A DNA stretch of 64,000 nt, taken from Malacoraja senta. Its lineage: Eukaryota. Of the stretch, positions 12,385 through 24,673 are shown piece after piece. The notes beneath the pieces were generated by a model. That model saw only the letters and a program-made list of their open reading frames with translations. It was not told the DNA's origin and did no database searches. The position numbers were made by a program, and so were the translations under genes. The DNA is taken from NCBI GenBank assembly GCA_038087875.1, contig CM075977.1:91450001-91514000 (forward strand), written 5' to 3'. Every line of letters starts with the position of its first letter. Within the stretch, counting starts at the first letter, position 1.

Positions 12385-12595
12385 ATATTTCTGCCACCTT
12401 CAACGTGATCCCAACACCAGTCACATCTTCCTGTTGCCCCCCCCCCCCCCCCCCCCCCACCTCCCACTTTCCACAGAGACCACTTCCTCTGCAATTCCTT
12501 GGTACACTCATCCCTTTCCACCAACTTTCCCGCTCCCCAGGCATTTTCCCCTCCAGCCCCAGGAGATGTATCACATGTATCCACATGGTTTACAT
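12385..12595 (+). mobile_element. Penelope-like internal fragment (RT/endonuclease linker)
   Basis: FCHLQRDPNTSHIF...FHRDHFLCNSLVHSSL...PGIFPSSPRRCITC; contains a poly-C run. Confidence 0.7.
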
Positions 12596-13791
12596 GCTCC
12601 CTTCATTCATCAGGGCCAGTCTAGCATCTCTCTCTAAACTCAAATGGGCCTGAGCTCCCATGCTCCTAACACACTGAGGCCCCAGTTCCCACATGCCCTT
12701 TAAACTTACTGGGTTTACTGGAAAATATTATACTACTGTACTATGTAAAATCTGAGAAAAGTAAATTAAAAGAGTATTAGTGTATTAATTGGGGGAAACA
12801 TCCAATAGTCCAGAAAACCTGCACTCTAAAGTCCCAAAGGTGCCAGATCAACAGATTTTACTGTGCCATGGAAATTGCAGCAATATTACAACCATAAAAA
12901 AGTAATGTATTACTTTTTAATATGCTAACTAATGATTTTATCATATTAAGTAGACTGGAACAAATACGTTCTCCAATTGAAAGAATAGATAATTGCAAAT
13001 GGCAGAACACAAGCAACAGTGATTAGATTCAAAATATATTGAATTAGTCCCAAAGTACTTAGACATGAACAGTGGGAGTACTGCAGTCAAAATAAATACA
13101 AGGCACATTTGCCAGGGCTTTCAACCATATAACATTATCATATCACAGAGCAGTCTGGGCAACAGTCCAGATCCAAATGCACATCAGATGATAGCATAGG
13201 AGATAAAATGCTAGTAAATATAAACAAGTAAAATTAAAACATGGCCTTCTTAATCATTCTCCATTTATGCAACGTACAACTCCATCATTGGACAATATCC
13301 TTCAGGAATGGGAGAAGAGGGATGGAAAGAGGAAAGATTGTCTCAGCACCTTCTTTAATCACTGTCAAAGGAAATGGAAATGAGTTGGTAATTTATACTA
13401 TCAACAAAGTTACTCTATTCACAAAATAATTTAAAATGCCAACCCTAGCAATAGCCAAGGTAATGAAACACGTCTGACCATGTTGATCATCTCTCGCTGT
13501 GTATCCTTGGCATCGGCCAAGCATGTTATGTACATGCATGTCTTTGCCTGGTGAATATTGAGTGCCTGCTGCAGGTCTGTATCCTCATAAACATTCGCTG
13601 CAACCCCTGTAATTCACTATGGAAGGGCTTAACAGCAATGATCTCTAATGGCTTGTGAGCATTGTGTTCACCCACAGAGCTCCCACAAGTAAAACCGTTC
13701 CGTTCCAAAGATCACCATAGGTAACTATTCAATTTGCATGTACCATGTCTCAGCATCTATTGGTGCTTTAAATGGGTTTGTGATGGACTAA

Positions 13792-14404
13792 AGGGCCTGT
13801 CCCACTTAGGAGATTTTTTTGGCGACTGTCACAGTTGTAGTAGGTTGCCCAAAGAGCGGCGACTGGACCCCCTCCCCTACGACGATGTTTACTACAAGCT
13901 ACAACAGCCTACCACCTAGTTGACATCAAGCTACGGCAGACCACCGACAACCGGCAACCCATTAAGACGTCCACCTACGACCATACCTTCGACAACCTAC
14001 GACCACACAGTCGACAACCAAAGTCAACCTACGTCCACCCGCGACAAGCTACGACAACGACCCTGTCGGCGACAACTGAAGACAACTGAAGACAATTCTG
14101 TTGCCGGTACCTGTCGCCGGTTGACGTAGGTAGTCGCCAATGGAATTCACCGAAGTCAGCACCTGGCGACAACAACGTCACCTGGCGACAACCTACGACA
14201 GCACCTACGACAGGAGAAGACAAGCTACGTCAAGCCCACAGTCGCCGAAAGGTTTTGAACATTTCAAAAGCCAGCGGCGACCAAAAAAACGTTACGACTC
14301 TTTAGGCAACTTGAGGAGACAACTCATGACCATACCCGCGACCATGTGGTGACACCCTAGCTGCCTGTAGTCGCCGAAAAAAACACCTAAGTGGGACAGG
14401 GGCT
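13792..14404 (+). mobile_element. PIF/Harbinger-type MITE
   Basis: TIR AGGGCCTGTCCCACTTAGG / CCTAAGTGGGACAGGGGCT; TAA TSD (13789-91, 14405-07); internal CGACAAC/CTACGAC repeats. Confidence 0.9.
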
Positions 14405-14487
14405 TAACCTTCTAAAACCCTTCAGCGTTTGTAATGTCAGGTCCATCTTATCGTCAATGTATCTCAGCACATGCTCTGCTGTGACTA

Positions 14488-14692
14488 AAACACAAATGTT
14501 GGTGTAACTCAGCGGATCAGGCAGCATCTCTGGAGGACATGGACTGGTGGTGTTTCAGGTCGGGACCCGCCTTTGGACTCTTAGGTCTGAAGTAGGGTCC
14601 CGACCCAAAGCGTTGCTTATCCAGAGATGCTGCCTGACCTGCTGAATAATTTGGCAATTCTTTGTGTTTCCAATCTGCTGCTTCTGTCTCCT
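14488..14692. repeat. Palindromic pair of Penelope terminal repeats, hammerhead cores decayed
   Basis: AACTCAGCGG..CAGGCAGCATCTCTGGA ... TCCAGAGATGCTGCCTGACC inverted arms. Confidence 0.8.
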
Positions 14693-15122
14693 TAATTTGT
14701 TTAATAATTTGTTTCATTCTGCTATTCATCAGGATAATGAAAATCAAAATTTAAACTATATTAGAAATGACATTATGTTCAATAATTCACATATTTCAGA
14801 AGGCAGAGATGTCAAAGCATTCCCTCAAACATTCAATTCACCAGTGAGGCAAGAAACAAGGGTCTAATTCAAGTGACAATGACAATTACATTTGCAGAAT
14901 TACATTTCCAGGTTTTAGGAAATAATCAATTTCTGTAAAAACAAACTTATATTTTACAAATGCTATCTTATGGCATGGATGATATTTTAAATATTTAAAT
15001 ACACACCTGAACGGTGTAATAAACTGGATTTGCCATTTGATAAAAATAAAAATAAAACTACTTTATATGGTCTGCATTCTGTTCCAGATTAAGCACCTCA
15101 CCTGGCCTGGCATTTGATTATA

Positions 15123-15376
15123 CAATAAAACCTCAATAGTGCTAACTTTACCTTGCACTAAAAGTTATTCCCTCATCGTGTATCTACACTGTAAATGGAT
15201 CGATTGTAATCATGTATTGTCTTTCTGCTGACTGGATAGCACACAACAAAAAGCTTTTCACTGTACCTCGGTAAACATGTCAATAAACTGAACTGAACTG
15301 AAACATCAGCTGTTGTCAGGTACTGAACCATCATAATTTCTGAATGGTCAGGTAGTGGATTATCAGAGTTTTACTG
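15123..15376. mobile_element. Tc1/pogo-like MITE interrupted by a Rex/Babar 3' tail (~15140-15303)
   Basis: TA-CAATAAAACCTC ... GAGTTTTACTG-TA ends; insert ends TTCACTGTACCTCGG..CAATAAA(CTGAA)n. Confidence 0.5.
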
Positions 15377-16024
15377 TAGTACGGAATTATGCTGCATCCA
15401 ACATCTTCAATATTCCATTGATATATCCCATTAGTTTTCCTAATGCCATTGTTTATTGCATATAAAAACTGAAATTATAGAATTAAAAAAATTAAGCGAA
15501 TGTCTTACAATTACCATAATGCCACTGATCATGTTAACAGTTTTATTCCCAAAGAATGCAAATTATCTTCTAATTTATTCTGAACCAATGGATAGGCAAA
15601 GAATATAAGATATTCTTAAGTGAGCTTTAAGACACCTTGGGGGCAGCAACTAATGTCTGCGTTCCATTTATGTCGATGAACAATGAAAAGCTGAGAGATT
15701 GCTATCATAACATACCAGCCTGTGTTTGTAATTCAAGGGAGAGAACCACATAAAAATGAATGTCTGGAAGAAAATGGACAACTGTAAATCCAGAGCTATA
15801 CTGATTAGCAGGGAGCGAGAGCACTGCTCTGATGTCACGTTGCACACACTATGTAGCTCAGTTACTCAGGTTAATGTTGTTGGCAGTATCCTTGAAGCCT
15901 GAAAAAATATCCTACCCGGTCAAGTTCTATACCTGATCTTAGAGCTTGACTAGAAATGATACTATTGCAGAATTTAAAGATATTATTGGAAAGATCAGTG
16001 TGCAGAAATTGTATTTGTTCTTTG

Positions 16025-16127
16025 GTGTGAAGATTGACACTAAAAGCTGCAGTAACTCCACGGGTCAGACAGCATCTCTGGAGAAAAGGAATGGGTGTCG
16101 TATCCGGTCGAAACCCTTCTTCAGACT
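16025..16127 (-). repeat. Penelope terminal-repeat fragment, hammerhead motif mutated (GATA for GAAA)
   Basis: Minus: AGTCTGAAGAAGGGTTTCGACCGGATACGACACCC. Confidence 0.75.
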
Positions 16128-16269
16128 TTGGTGTGCTCTGAACACAAGCTACAATGGTACCAATGGACAACCATTCCAGGGTAACATATAAGTTAGTGAC
16201 ATCAGCCAAAATTATGTTAAACGCAGAGATTTTTACTTGGACGTTCTGCAAAAGATGACCCATGATCTT

Positions 16270-17672
16270 CACAGGGAATTACAGACCAGTTAGTCTAACA
16301 TCGGTAGTGGGAAAACTGCTAGAGTCAGTTATTAAAGATGGGATAGCAGCACATTTGAAAAATGGTGAAATCATTGGACAAAGTCAGCATGGATTTATGA
16401 AAGGTAAATCATGTCTGACGAATCTAATAGAATTTTTCGAGGATGTAACTAGTAGAGTGGATAAGGGAGAACCAGTGGATGTGTTATATCTGGACTTTCA
16501 GAAGGCTTTCGACAAGGTCCCACATAAGAGATTAATATACAAACTTAAAGCACACAGAATTGGGGGTTCAGTATTGATGTGGATAGAGAACTGGTTGGCA
16601 GACAGGACGGAAAGAGTAGGAGTAAACGGGTCCTTTTCAGAATGGCAGGCAGTGACTAGTGGGATACCGCAAGGCTCAGTGTTGGGACCTCAGCTATTTA
16701 CAATATATATTAATGATTTGGACGAGGGAATTGAATGCAACATCTCCAAGTTTGCAGATGACACGAAGCTGGGGGGCAGTATTAGCTGTGAGGAGGGTGC
16801 TAGGAGGCTGCAAGGTGACTTGGATAGGCTGGGTGAGTGGGCAAATGCATGGCAGATGCAGTATAATGTGGATAAATGTGAGGTTATCCACTTTGGTGGC
16901 AAAAACAGGAAAGTCGACTATTACCTGAATAGTGGCCGATTAGGAGAAGGGGAGATGCAATGAGACCTGGGTGTCATGGTACACCAGTCATTGAAAGTAG
17001 GCATGCAGGTGCAGCAGGCAGTGAAGAAAGCGAATGGTATGTTAGCATTCATAGCAAAAGGATTTGAGTATAGGAGCAGGGAGGTTCTACTGCAGCTGTA
17101 CAGCGTCTTCGTGAGACCACACCTGGAGTATTGCGTACAGTTTTGGTCTCCTAATCTGAGAAAGGACATTCTTACCATAGAGGGAGTACAGAGAAGGTTC
17201 ACCAGACTGATTCCTGGGATGTCAGGACTTTCATATGAAGAAAGACTGGATAGATTCGGCTTGTACTCGCTAGAATTTAGAAGATTGAGGGGGGATCTTA
17301 TAGAAACGTACAAAATTCTTAAGCGGTTGGACAGGCTAGATGCAGGAAGATTGTTCCCGATGTTGGGGAAGTCCAGAACAAGGGGTCACAGTTTAAGGAT
17401 AAAGGGGAAATCTTTTAGGACTAAGATGAGAAAAACATTTTTTACACAGAGAGTGGTGAATCACTGGAATTGCCTACCACAGAATGTAGTTGAGGCCAGT
17501 TCATTGGCTATATTTAAGAGGGAGTTAGATGTGGCCCTTGTGGCTAAAGGGATCAGGGGGTATGGAGAGAAAGCAGGTACAGGATACTGAGTTGATGATC
17601 ATATTGAATGGCGGTGCAGGCTCGAAGGGCCGAATGGCCTACTCCTGCACCTATTTTCTATGTTTCTATGTT
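16270..17672 (+). mobile_element. Young 5'-truncated CR1 LINE, subfamily A
   Basis: ORFs 16262..16963 and 16976..17590 (NYRPVSLTS, DFQKAFDKV, PQGSVLGP, FADD) split by one CGA>TGA stop; (TTCTATGT)n tail. Confidence 0.96.
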
Positions 17673-18177
17673 TCACAATGGTAGCTCCATTAATAGCTAC
17701 CTGATCCTTTGTCTTTGCCAGTCTTTTGCCATTCTGATCACTGCAAAGGGATTCTAATTTCAAAGGAACTCCTAAAATAGCAGCCATGAAAGGCTGCCAT
17801 GGAGGTGATGAGAACACAAGAGATTGCGGGGGAGGGGGTTTAGGCGATTTACGTAGAATTCTCCTGTGCGTGCAAACATCCACCAAGTATTTTTCTGCCC
17901 TCATTGGGTCCCATGGTATGAGTGGCCTTCCACACTGCAAAGTGCAGGGTGATTAGTACAAGAGAATCATACAGTTGTACAGCACAGAAAAAACGACTTC
18001 AGCCTACAATGTCCTTGCTGCCCATTGTATCTACCTACAACAATCTCATTTGCTCACATGAGGTCTGTAGAAATACGGCTCAGAAATACAAACACAGGTG
18101 CTGAGCTAAATATGCTAAGAGTAACTCAGCGGAACAGGCAGCATCTCTGGAGGACATGGACTGGTGGTGTTTCAGGT

Positions 18178-18635
18178 CGGGACTGTCATATGCTGAGCGA
18201 ATGGAGCAGCTGGGCTTGTACACTCTGGAGTTTAGAAGGATGAGAGGATATCTCATTGAAACATATAAGATTGTTATGGGCTTGGACACGCTAGAGGCAG
18301 GAAACATGTTCCCGATGTTGGGGGATTCCAGAACCAGGGGCCACAGTTTAAGAATAAAGAGTAAGCCATTTAGAACGGAGACGAGGAAACACTTTTTCTC
18401 ACAGAGAGTTGTGAGTCTGTGGAATTCTCTGCCTCAGAGGGCGGTGGCGGCAGGTTCTCTGGATGCTTTCAAGAGAGAGCTAGATAGGGCTCTTAAAAAT
18501 AGCGGAGTCAGGGGATATGGGGAGAAGGCAGGAACGGGGTACTGATTGGGGATGATCAGCCATGATCACATTGAATGGCGGTGCTGGCTCGAAGGGCCAA
18601 CTGGCCTACTCCTGCACCTATTGTCTATTGTCTAT
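18178..18635 (+). mobile_element. CR1 3' fragment, subfamily B
   Basis: ORF GLSYAERMEQLGLYTLE...GYGEKAGTGY; (CTATTGT)n tail. Confidence 0.93.
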
Positions 18636-18822
18636 AGTACTACCTCTGACATCTTTCCATCTCTAAAATGGAGTGAGTGTTGGTTAATAAAGAGAAAATA
18701 ATCTACTAGGAAGTAACGAGTCCTCTAAGATTGTCAGGTTGTGACAAGTGGGCTACCACTTGTAGTGAGCAGTTACCGAGATCTCAATCATTCACCATTC
18801 ACACTAGATTAACAAAATAATA

Positions 18823-19110
18823 GGGCAGCACGGTGGCACAGCGGTAGAGTTGCTGCCTTACAGCGCCAGAGACCCGGGTTCCATCCTCACTATATGTGAA
18901 GTCTATATGGCGTTTGTATGTTCTCCTTGTGACTGCGTGGGTTTGCTCCGGGTGCTCCAGTTTCCTCCCACACTCCGAAAAAATGCAGGTTTGTAGGTTA
19001 ATTGGCTCAATAAAATTGTCCCTAGTGTGTACGATAGAACTGGTGTTGGTCGGTGTGGACAGGGTGAGCCGACGAGCTTGTTTCCTGTTTTATTTCTAAA
19101 ACTAAAACCT
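18823..19110 (+). mobile_element. tRNA-derived SINE (HE1/V-SINE-like)
   Basis: A box TGGCACAGCGG, B box GGTTCCATCC, core GCGTGGGTTT.CTCCGGGTGCTCCAGTTTCCTCCCAC, (CTAAA)n tail. Confidence 0.88.
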
Positions 19111-19216
19111 AAAACGACCATGGGGACCAAGCTGGCTGATGACACAAACTAAGTAGGAATGTGAGTCGTGATGAGGATGCAAAGAGGCTTCCAGAGGACA
19201 AAGAGAAGGTAAGTAA

Positions 19217-19833
19217 AGGGCCTGTCCCACATGGGCATCATTTGCGCGTCATTTAGGCGACATCCGAAAAATTGGTTGGCGCATCATGAAGCGCGCATGG
19301 CGCGTGGTGAGGCGTGGTGGCATATGCAGTGGCGCGCGGTGCCCCAGGATTTTGTAATGCTCGAAATCCTCACACGCCATCTGCGTGACGTATCCCTTGC
19401 GCACGCTGACGTACTGATGGCGTACTGACGGCGTACGTGTAGTGCGTGGTGACGCATGGTTACGCACGGTGACGCACGAACGTTGCCTATGCTAATTTAT
19501 TATGCGTCACCGTGCGTCAACGTCCGTAACCATGCGCCGCCCGTACACCGTTGGCGCGCTATTTGCGCGTGATTTGAGCGCCGCACCACGTGACCATCTA
19601 GGTATAAAGCACGCGTAGTTTTGAAATTTTTTCACTGGGAAAATCCTTGCCACGGAGATCGGACTAAGTACGAACAACATCGCAAATGGCTCCCAAAAGA
19701 AGCAGGGTCCTCAAGAGCACTTGGCGCGCGACTTTCGTACTGCTAGACGATTTTCGCGGGAGTGTCGTGCGTCAGTCACTATCGGCCTGTCGCGTAAATG
19801 ACGCGCAAATGACGCCGAAGTGGGACAGGCCCT
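19217..19833 (+). mobile_element. PIF/Harbinger-type MITE, CpG-rich
   Basis: TIR AGGGCCTGTCCCAC..GGC.TCATTTGCGCGTCATTTA and its complement; TAA TSD (19214-16, 19834-36). Confidence 0.92.
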
Positions 19834-20519
19834 TAAGTGGACAACACTGCTACACAATATAATCTTACCTGAATTACTCCTGCTGTTTGTGTCTATAATC
19901 TTATATAACAAACATTGTTGTCCCCATGTAAGAAACATCTACCATGAAAAAGTGGTCATGAGAGTTTCTTTTATGAATCCTTCAACTGCCCTGAAAGAGA
20001 CAAAAAGGAGACAAATCATGCCTGGACTCATAATGTGAGGGCTTTATTGTGCACACATTGAATGTCCAGGGAAGTGCACAAAACAGATAAAATATGGTGA
20101 CCCTCCATAGTGGTGCAGGAATTTTACAGTCAATGCTCTTGTTGTTTACCTGTCTTTACTTCACACAACTGAACACACATTTACCTAAAGAAAATACCTT
20201 TCCTACCAGTTATTCAAAGGGGTAATTTCATGCATATCATTTTTTTCTAATTATAGAATGATTCTATACGTGTATATTGTTTTCCATAATTGTTCATACA
20301 ACATAGTTACAGTACAGCGCAGAATCATGCCGCACTGCCCACAATGTCCGTGCTGAACATGATGACAAGTTCAACCAATCTTCCCTGCCTGCACATGCTC
20401 CATATCCGTCCATTTCCTGCATATCCATGTACCTATCATGAAGCATCTCCAATGCCACTATCACTTCTGGTTCAAATGCAGATGTCTTAAACACTTAAGT
20501 CTCGTTTCTGGTGAAAGCA

Positions 20520-20818
20520 ATAGACTTTAGAGATACAGAGGCCCTTCGGCCCACCAAGTCCACGCTGACCAGCGATCACCTCGTACACTAGCACTACCGT
20601 GCACACGAGGGACAATTTACAATTTTACCGAAGCCAATTAACCAACAAGCCTTTACGTCTTTGGTTGTGTGGGAGGAAACCGGAGCACCCGGAGAAAACC
20701 CACGCGGTTACAAGGGGAATGTACAAACTCTGTGCAGTCAGCACCCGTGGTCAGGGTTGAACCTGGGTGTCTGGCACTGTAAGGCAGCAACTCTACCACT
20801 GTGCCACATTGCCGCCCC
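20520..20818 (-). mobile_element. tRNA-derived SINE
   Basis: Reverse complement of the same head and core. Confidence 0.88.
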
Positions 20819-21578
20819 TTGGTCAGGTTGGTCAGATGTGATAACGATATTAATGTCATCAATGGCATCATCGACATGTTTACCGACACTGGTGCGGCTG
20901 GCATTAAAGGGTCATTTCGCTGATTCCCAAGCCTCCAGAACTGCACAAACCTGTTACCCACAGCCATGGCTGTTTTATTCGTAAGACAATTGCAAACTGT
21001 TAGTTTGAAGAATGGGATAAGCAGCTGAAAAAAAGAGGGAGGATGAGGAGTGGGAGGAGGAGCAGGGATAAGGAGGAGAACGGGTTCCTTGAGGAGGGAC
21101 ACGTAGGAAATCATGCTATTCATGGCCTGGAATCCTGGCAGCAACCTTAGTTTGTCCTGGTTCTTCAGGGAGTAAGGCACAAATGAATAGAAGTTGGAAT
21201 AGGCCATTCAGCCCAAGGTGCTGCTGTACCATTAAAGCTGATGGTGTAGCGGGGACTCGCAGGAGTCCAACCAAAAACTAAGCGGACACAAGTTGTGTGC
21301 AGGAGACGTGTTTATTCTCCCCGATACAGCTCTCTACTCCTCCAAGGTCATGGACGTTGCCCGGCCTTAAATAGCAACTCTGGTACAAACCCCGTGACTA
21401 GCGCATCCCACACCGAGACGCCGCCCTCCAGAGCCGAGGGTTCGTTGTGCCCGTGGGTTGCCACCAGGTGCCACCACATGACCACCCCAGAACCAGAGGC
21501 ACCGAACCGGACGGGACGCCAGATGAGGCGGCCAGAACGCATATATACAATCCCACGCCCCGGTGGCTTGCTCGGTTC

Positions 21579-23750
21579 CTAAGAATCTCCGGGAGCCCGG
21601 GATGGCTGACGCCTGCGATGGGGCGGTTGAGCCACATGGACTGGTTCGCTCAGGTCCAAGTGGGCCAGTTTCAAACGAGCCACAGACACAGTTTCACGCC
21701 AGCTTCCCATGTCCAAATCAAACGTAGTAAGCCTGTGCCGCAGCACGTGAAACGGACCTTCATACGGGCGCTGCAAGGGCGACCTGTGGGAGTCACAGTG
21801 AAGAAAGACGTACGGGCAGCCCATCAGTGGCAGTGGCACATGGGAAGGGGCCACTCCATGACGCGATGTTGGGATGGGAGACAGGGCGCCGACCCTCTCC
21901 CGCCAGCAGATCAGCACCGATGACGGGGGTTCCTGGAACCCATCAGCAGCAGGGACAAACTCCCCGGGGACGGTGAGCGGAGCACCATATACCAACTCCC
22001 CAGGGGACGATGACAGATCCTCCTTGGGGGCCGTCCGAATTCCCAACAGGACCCACGGCAAATCGTCCATCCACCCAGGGCCCGTGAGACGAGCCTTCAG
22101 GGCAGCCTTCCGACAGTGGTGGAACCGCTTCACCAACCCATTCGACTGGGGATGGTACGCTGTCGAGTGGTGGAGCTGCGTCCCCAACAGGCGGGCCATG
22201 GCGGACCACAGTTCGGACTTGAACTGGGCGCCCCGGTCGGTCGTGATGTGAAGTGGAACCCCAAAGTGGGCAATCCAAGTTGCCACGAGGGCACGAGTGC
22301 ACGACTGCATTGAAGTGTTCGTGAGCGGAATGGCCTCCGGCCACCGCATAAAACGGTCCACGACCGTAAGCAGGTGCGAAACACCCCAGGATGGAGGCCC
22401 CACGATGTCCACATGTACATGATCGAACCGCCGGCGTGGCACTGCGAAGTCTTGAACGGGCGCCCAGACCGTGTTGATGCACCTTCGATGTCTGGCACGG
22501 GATGCATGTCCAGGCCCAGCGACCGACCTGCTTCCGAAGTCCGTGCCACATAAACCTTGCGGCCACCATAGCGACCGTGGCATAGATGGATGGGTGGGCC
22601 AGCCCATGGATCACCTCAAACAAGCGATGGCGCCAGGCCGCCGGAACGATAGGCCTCGGCTGACCCGTGGATACGCGCAGAGGATGGAACCCAAGGAACC
22701 CAATCGCACGTCCTCAAGCACGAAGCCAGAGATCATGGTGCGGTGTGCCGGCATCTCAGCGTCCGCCCGCCAGCTGGGCCGCCACCAAGTCGGAGTAATC
22801 TGTTCCCGAGGCCGGGTTAAGCACGGCTGTAATTGCCAGACGGGACAAAGTATTCGCCACGAGGTTGCATTTCCCGGCGATGTGCCGGATGTCTGTTGTA
22901 TACTCCGAAATAGCCGCCAGCTGGCGCCGCTGATGGGCGGACCAAGGATCCGAAACCTTCATGAAAGCAAACGTGAGGGGCTTGTGGTCCGTGAAGGCTA
23001 CGAAGGAACGGCCCTCGAGGAAGTACCGGAAGTGCCGCACTGCGAGGTGTAAGGCGAGCAGCTCCCGGTCGAAAGCGCTGTAGCGCTGCTCTGCAACCCT
23101 CAGGTGACGGCTAAAGAAGGCAAGAGGTAGCCGACTGCAGAGTCCGAGGCATCCACGGTAAGGGCTGTGGGGGCGTCGGCCGATGGATGCACAAGCATAG
23201 TCACCCGAGCCAAGGCCTCCTTCGCCCCTTCCAACGCCGCCATGGCGACAGAGTCCTACTGTATCTCCTGTTGTTTGCCGGTCAGCAACTGGAAAAGCGT
23301 CCGCAAAAGTTTGGCAGCCGCCGGAACGAACCGGTGGTAAAATGTGATCATCCCTACGAATTCCCAGAGGCCACGTTCCTTAGCAGGCCGCGGGAACTGA
23401 CGGATTGCCTCAACTCTGTCCGGCAGAGGCACTGCTCCGTGCCGTGTCACCTGATGCCCCAGGAAGTTGATGGTCCGAAGGCCGAATTGGCACTTGCCAG
23501 GGTTAATTACGAGGCCATGGTCACTGAGGCGCTGGAAGAGTAGACGCAGGTGGGCGCAGTGTTCCTCACGCGAGCGACTTGCCACGAGTGAACTGCCATT
23601 CACAGCAGTTAACGGGGGGCCCCTCTTAACAGCACGAATGTCCAGTCCAGATGGGGGCAAAATGCTGACCTCTGCCCCGGTGTCCACCAAGAACCTGAGC
23701 CCCGAGCGCCGGTCGCAGACATACAGGCGATGGATCCTGCCGGCCACCAC
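21579..23750 (-). pseudogene. pol: Gypsy 2 pol remnants: protease, RT C-terminus, RNase H, integrase
   Basis: FLVDTGAE; GLVINPGKCQFG; FTDHKPL; HGLAHP..CIPCQ; VHVDIVGP, TTDRGAQF, YHPQSNG; GPF.V; frameshifted. Confidence 0.92.
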
Positions 23751-23754
23751 CGGC

Positions 23755-24631
23755 GTTTCCCGGAAACGAATATGGCTGGCGGCATTGGCGGGCTGCTGAA
23801 CCCCAGAGTTGGTGCTAAAAACACCACATCCTTCTCCCTGGATCTCCTAGGTCCTGCTCAGCCATCCTCCTCTCCTGTGCCACTTGTCTGGTCTGGGCCT
23901 CTTGTGGGTGTGGGCCTCTTGTGGGTGTGGGCCTCTTGTGGGTGTGGGCCTCTTGTGGGTGTGGGCCTCTTGTGGGTGTGGGCCTCTTGTGGGTGTGGGC
24001 CTCTTGTGGGTGTGGGCCTGGATCGCTGGGCCTTCCAGGGTGCTGAATCGATCTGGTCCAGCGAATCCAGTGACTCCAGGGATTCCAGCGCACCCACTTG
24101 CTGCCGGTCGGACAGCCACAGCTCGTCAGCGCGCGCTGCTAGTCTGATTCGATCCTCGAAGCTCTCCCCCGAGACCTGCCGGCGGATGTCGCGCGGCAAC
24201 TGCTGCAGGTAAGTAAATTCAAACAGCGGGCAGAGCTGGTGGTCGCCCATGAGCGTGAGCATCTCGCTCATGAGAGCCGAGGGTTTCCGGTCGCCGAGCC
24301 CACACATGTTGAGGACCCGACATGCACGCTCCATTTGGCTCGGCCCGTAGAGCCGGGGCAGCAGCTCCTTGAGGCCTGTGTATTTTCCTGCTGCCAGCGG
24401 ATTATCGAGGTAAGGTACGACCCGACCGGCCGTTTCCTGATCAAGAGAGCTTACCACATAGTGGTAACGGGTCTTGTCGGCCGTTACGCCGCGGATGTAG
24501 AATTGGGACTCGGCCTGTCGGAACCAAACCCCCGGCTGTGAAGTCCAAAATGTAGGCAGCTTCAGGGAGATCGCGTTGAGTTCGGCCTTGTGGGCCTCGT
24601 AGGGCAGCGACAGAATGCATTTTTTCCCCAA
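23755..24631 (-). pseudogene. gag: Gypsy 2 gag with a 17-bp minisatellite and a GGGAAAC slippery heptamer
   Basis: KLPTFW...WFRQAESQF, LGDRKPSALMSEM; knuckle CF*HQLWGSAARQC in another frame; GGGAAAC on minus at 23755-23761. Confidence 0.88.
23898..24016 (+). repeat. Perfect minisatellite, 7 x CCTCTTGTGGGTGTGGG
   Basis: Counted directly. Confidence 0.95.
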
Positions 24632-24659
24632 ATTTCCCTTCCGGGATTACACTCCTGGG

Positions 24660-24673
24660 CGTCGGGGTCACCA
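24660..24673 (-). promoter_or_regulatory. Primer-binding site complementary to the tRNA-Trp 3' end
   Basis: TGGTGACCCCGACG one base after the 5' LTR. Confidence 0.8.

Noticed and set aside
18823-18895. tRNA gene (and similar heads at 20750, 29018, 35780, 46117, 50722, 58055, 59684)
   Set aside because: SINE heads: run into SINE core and tail, with decayed boxes
23898-24016. CRISPR-like array
   Set aside because: Contiguous tandem units with no spacers, inside a eukaryotic gag; no cas genes
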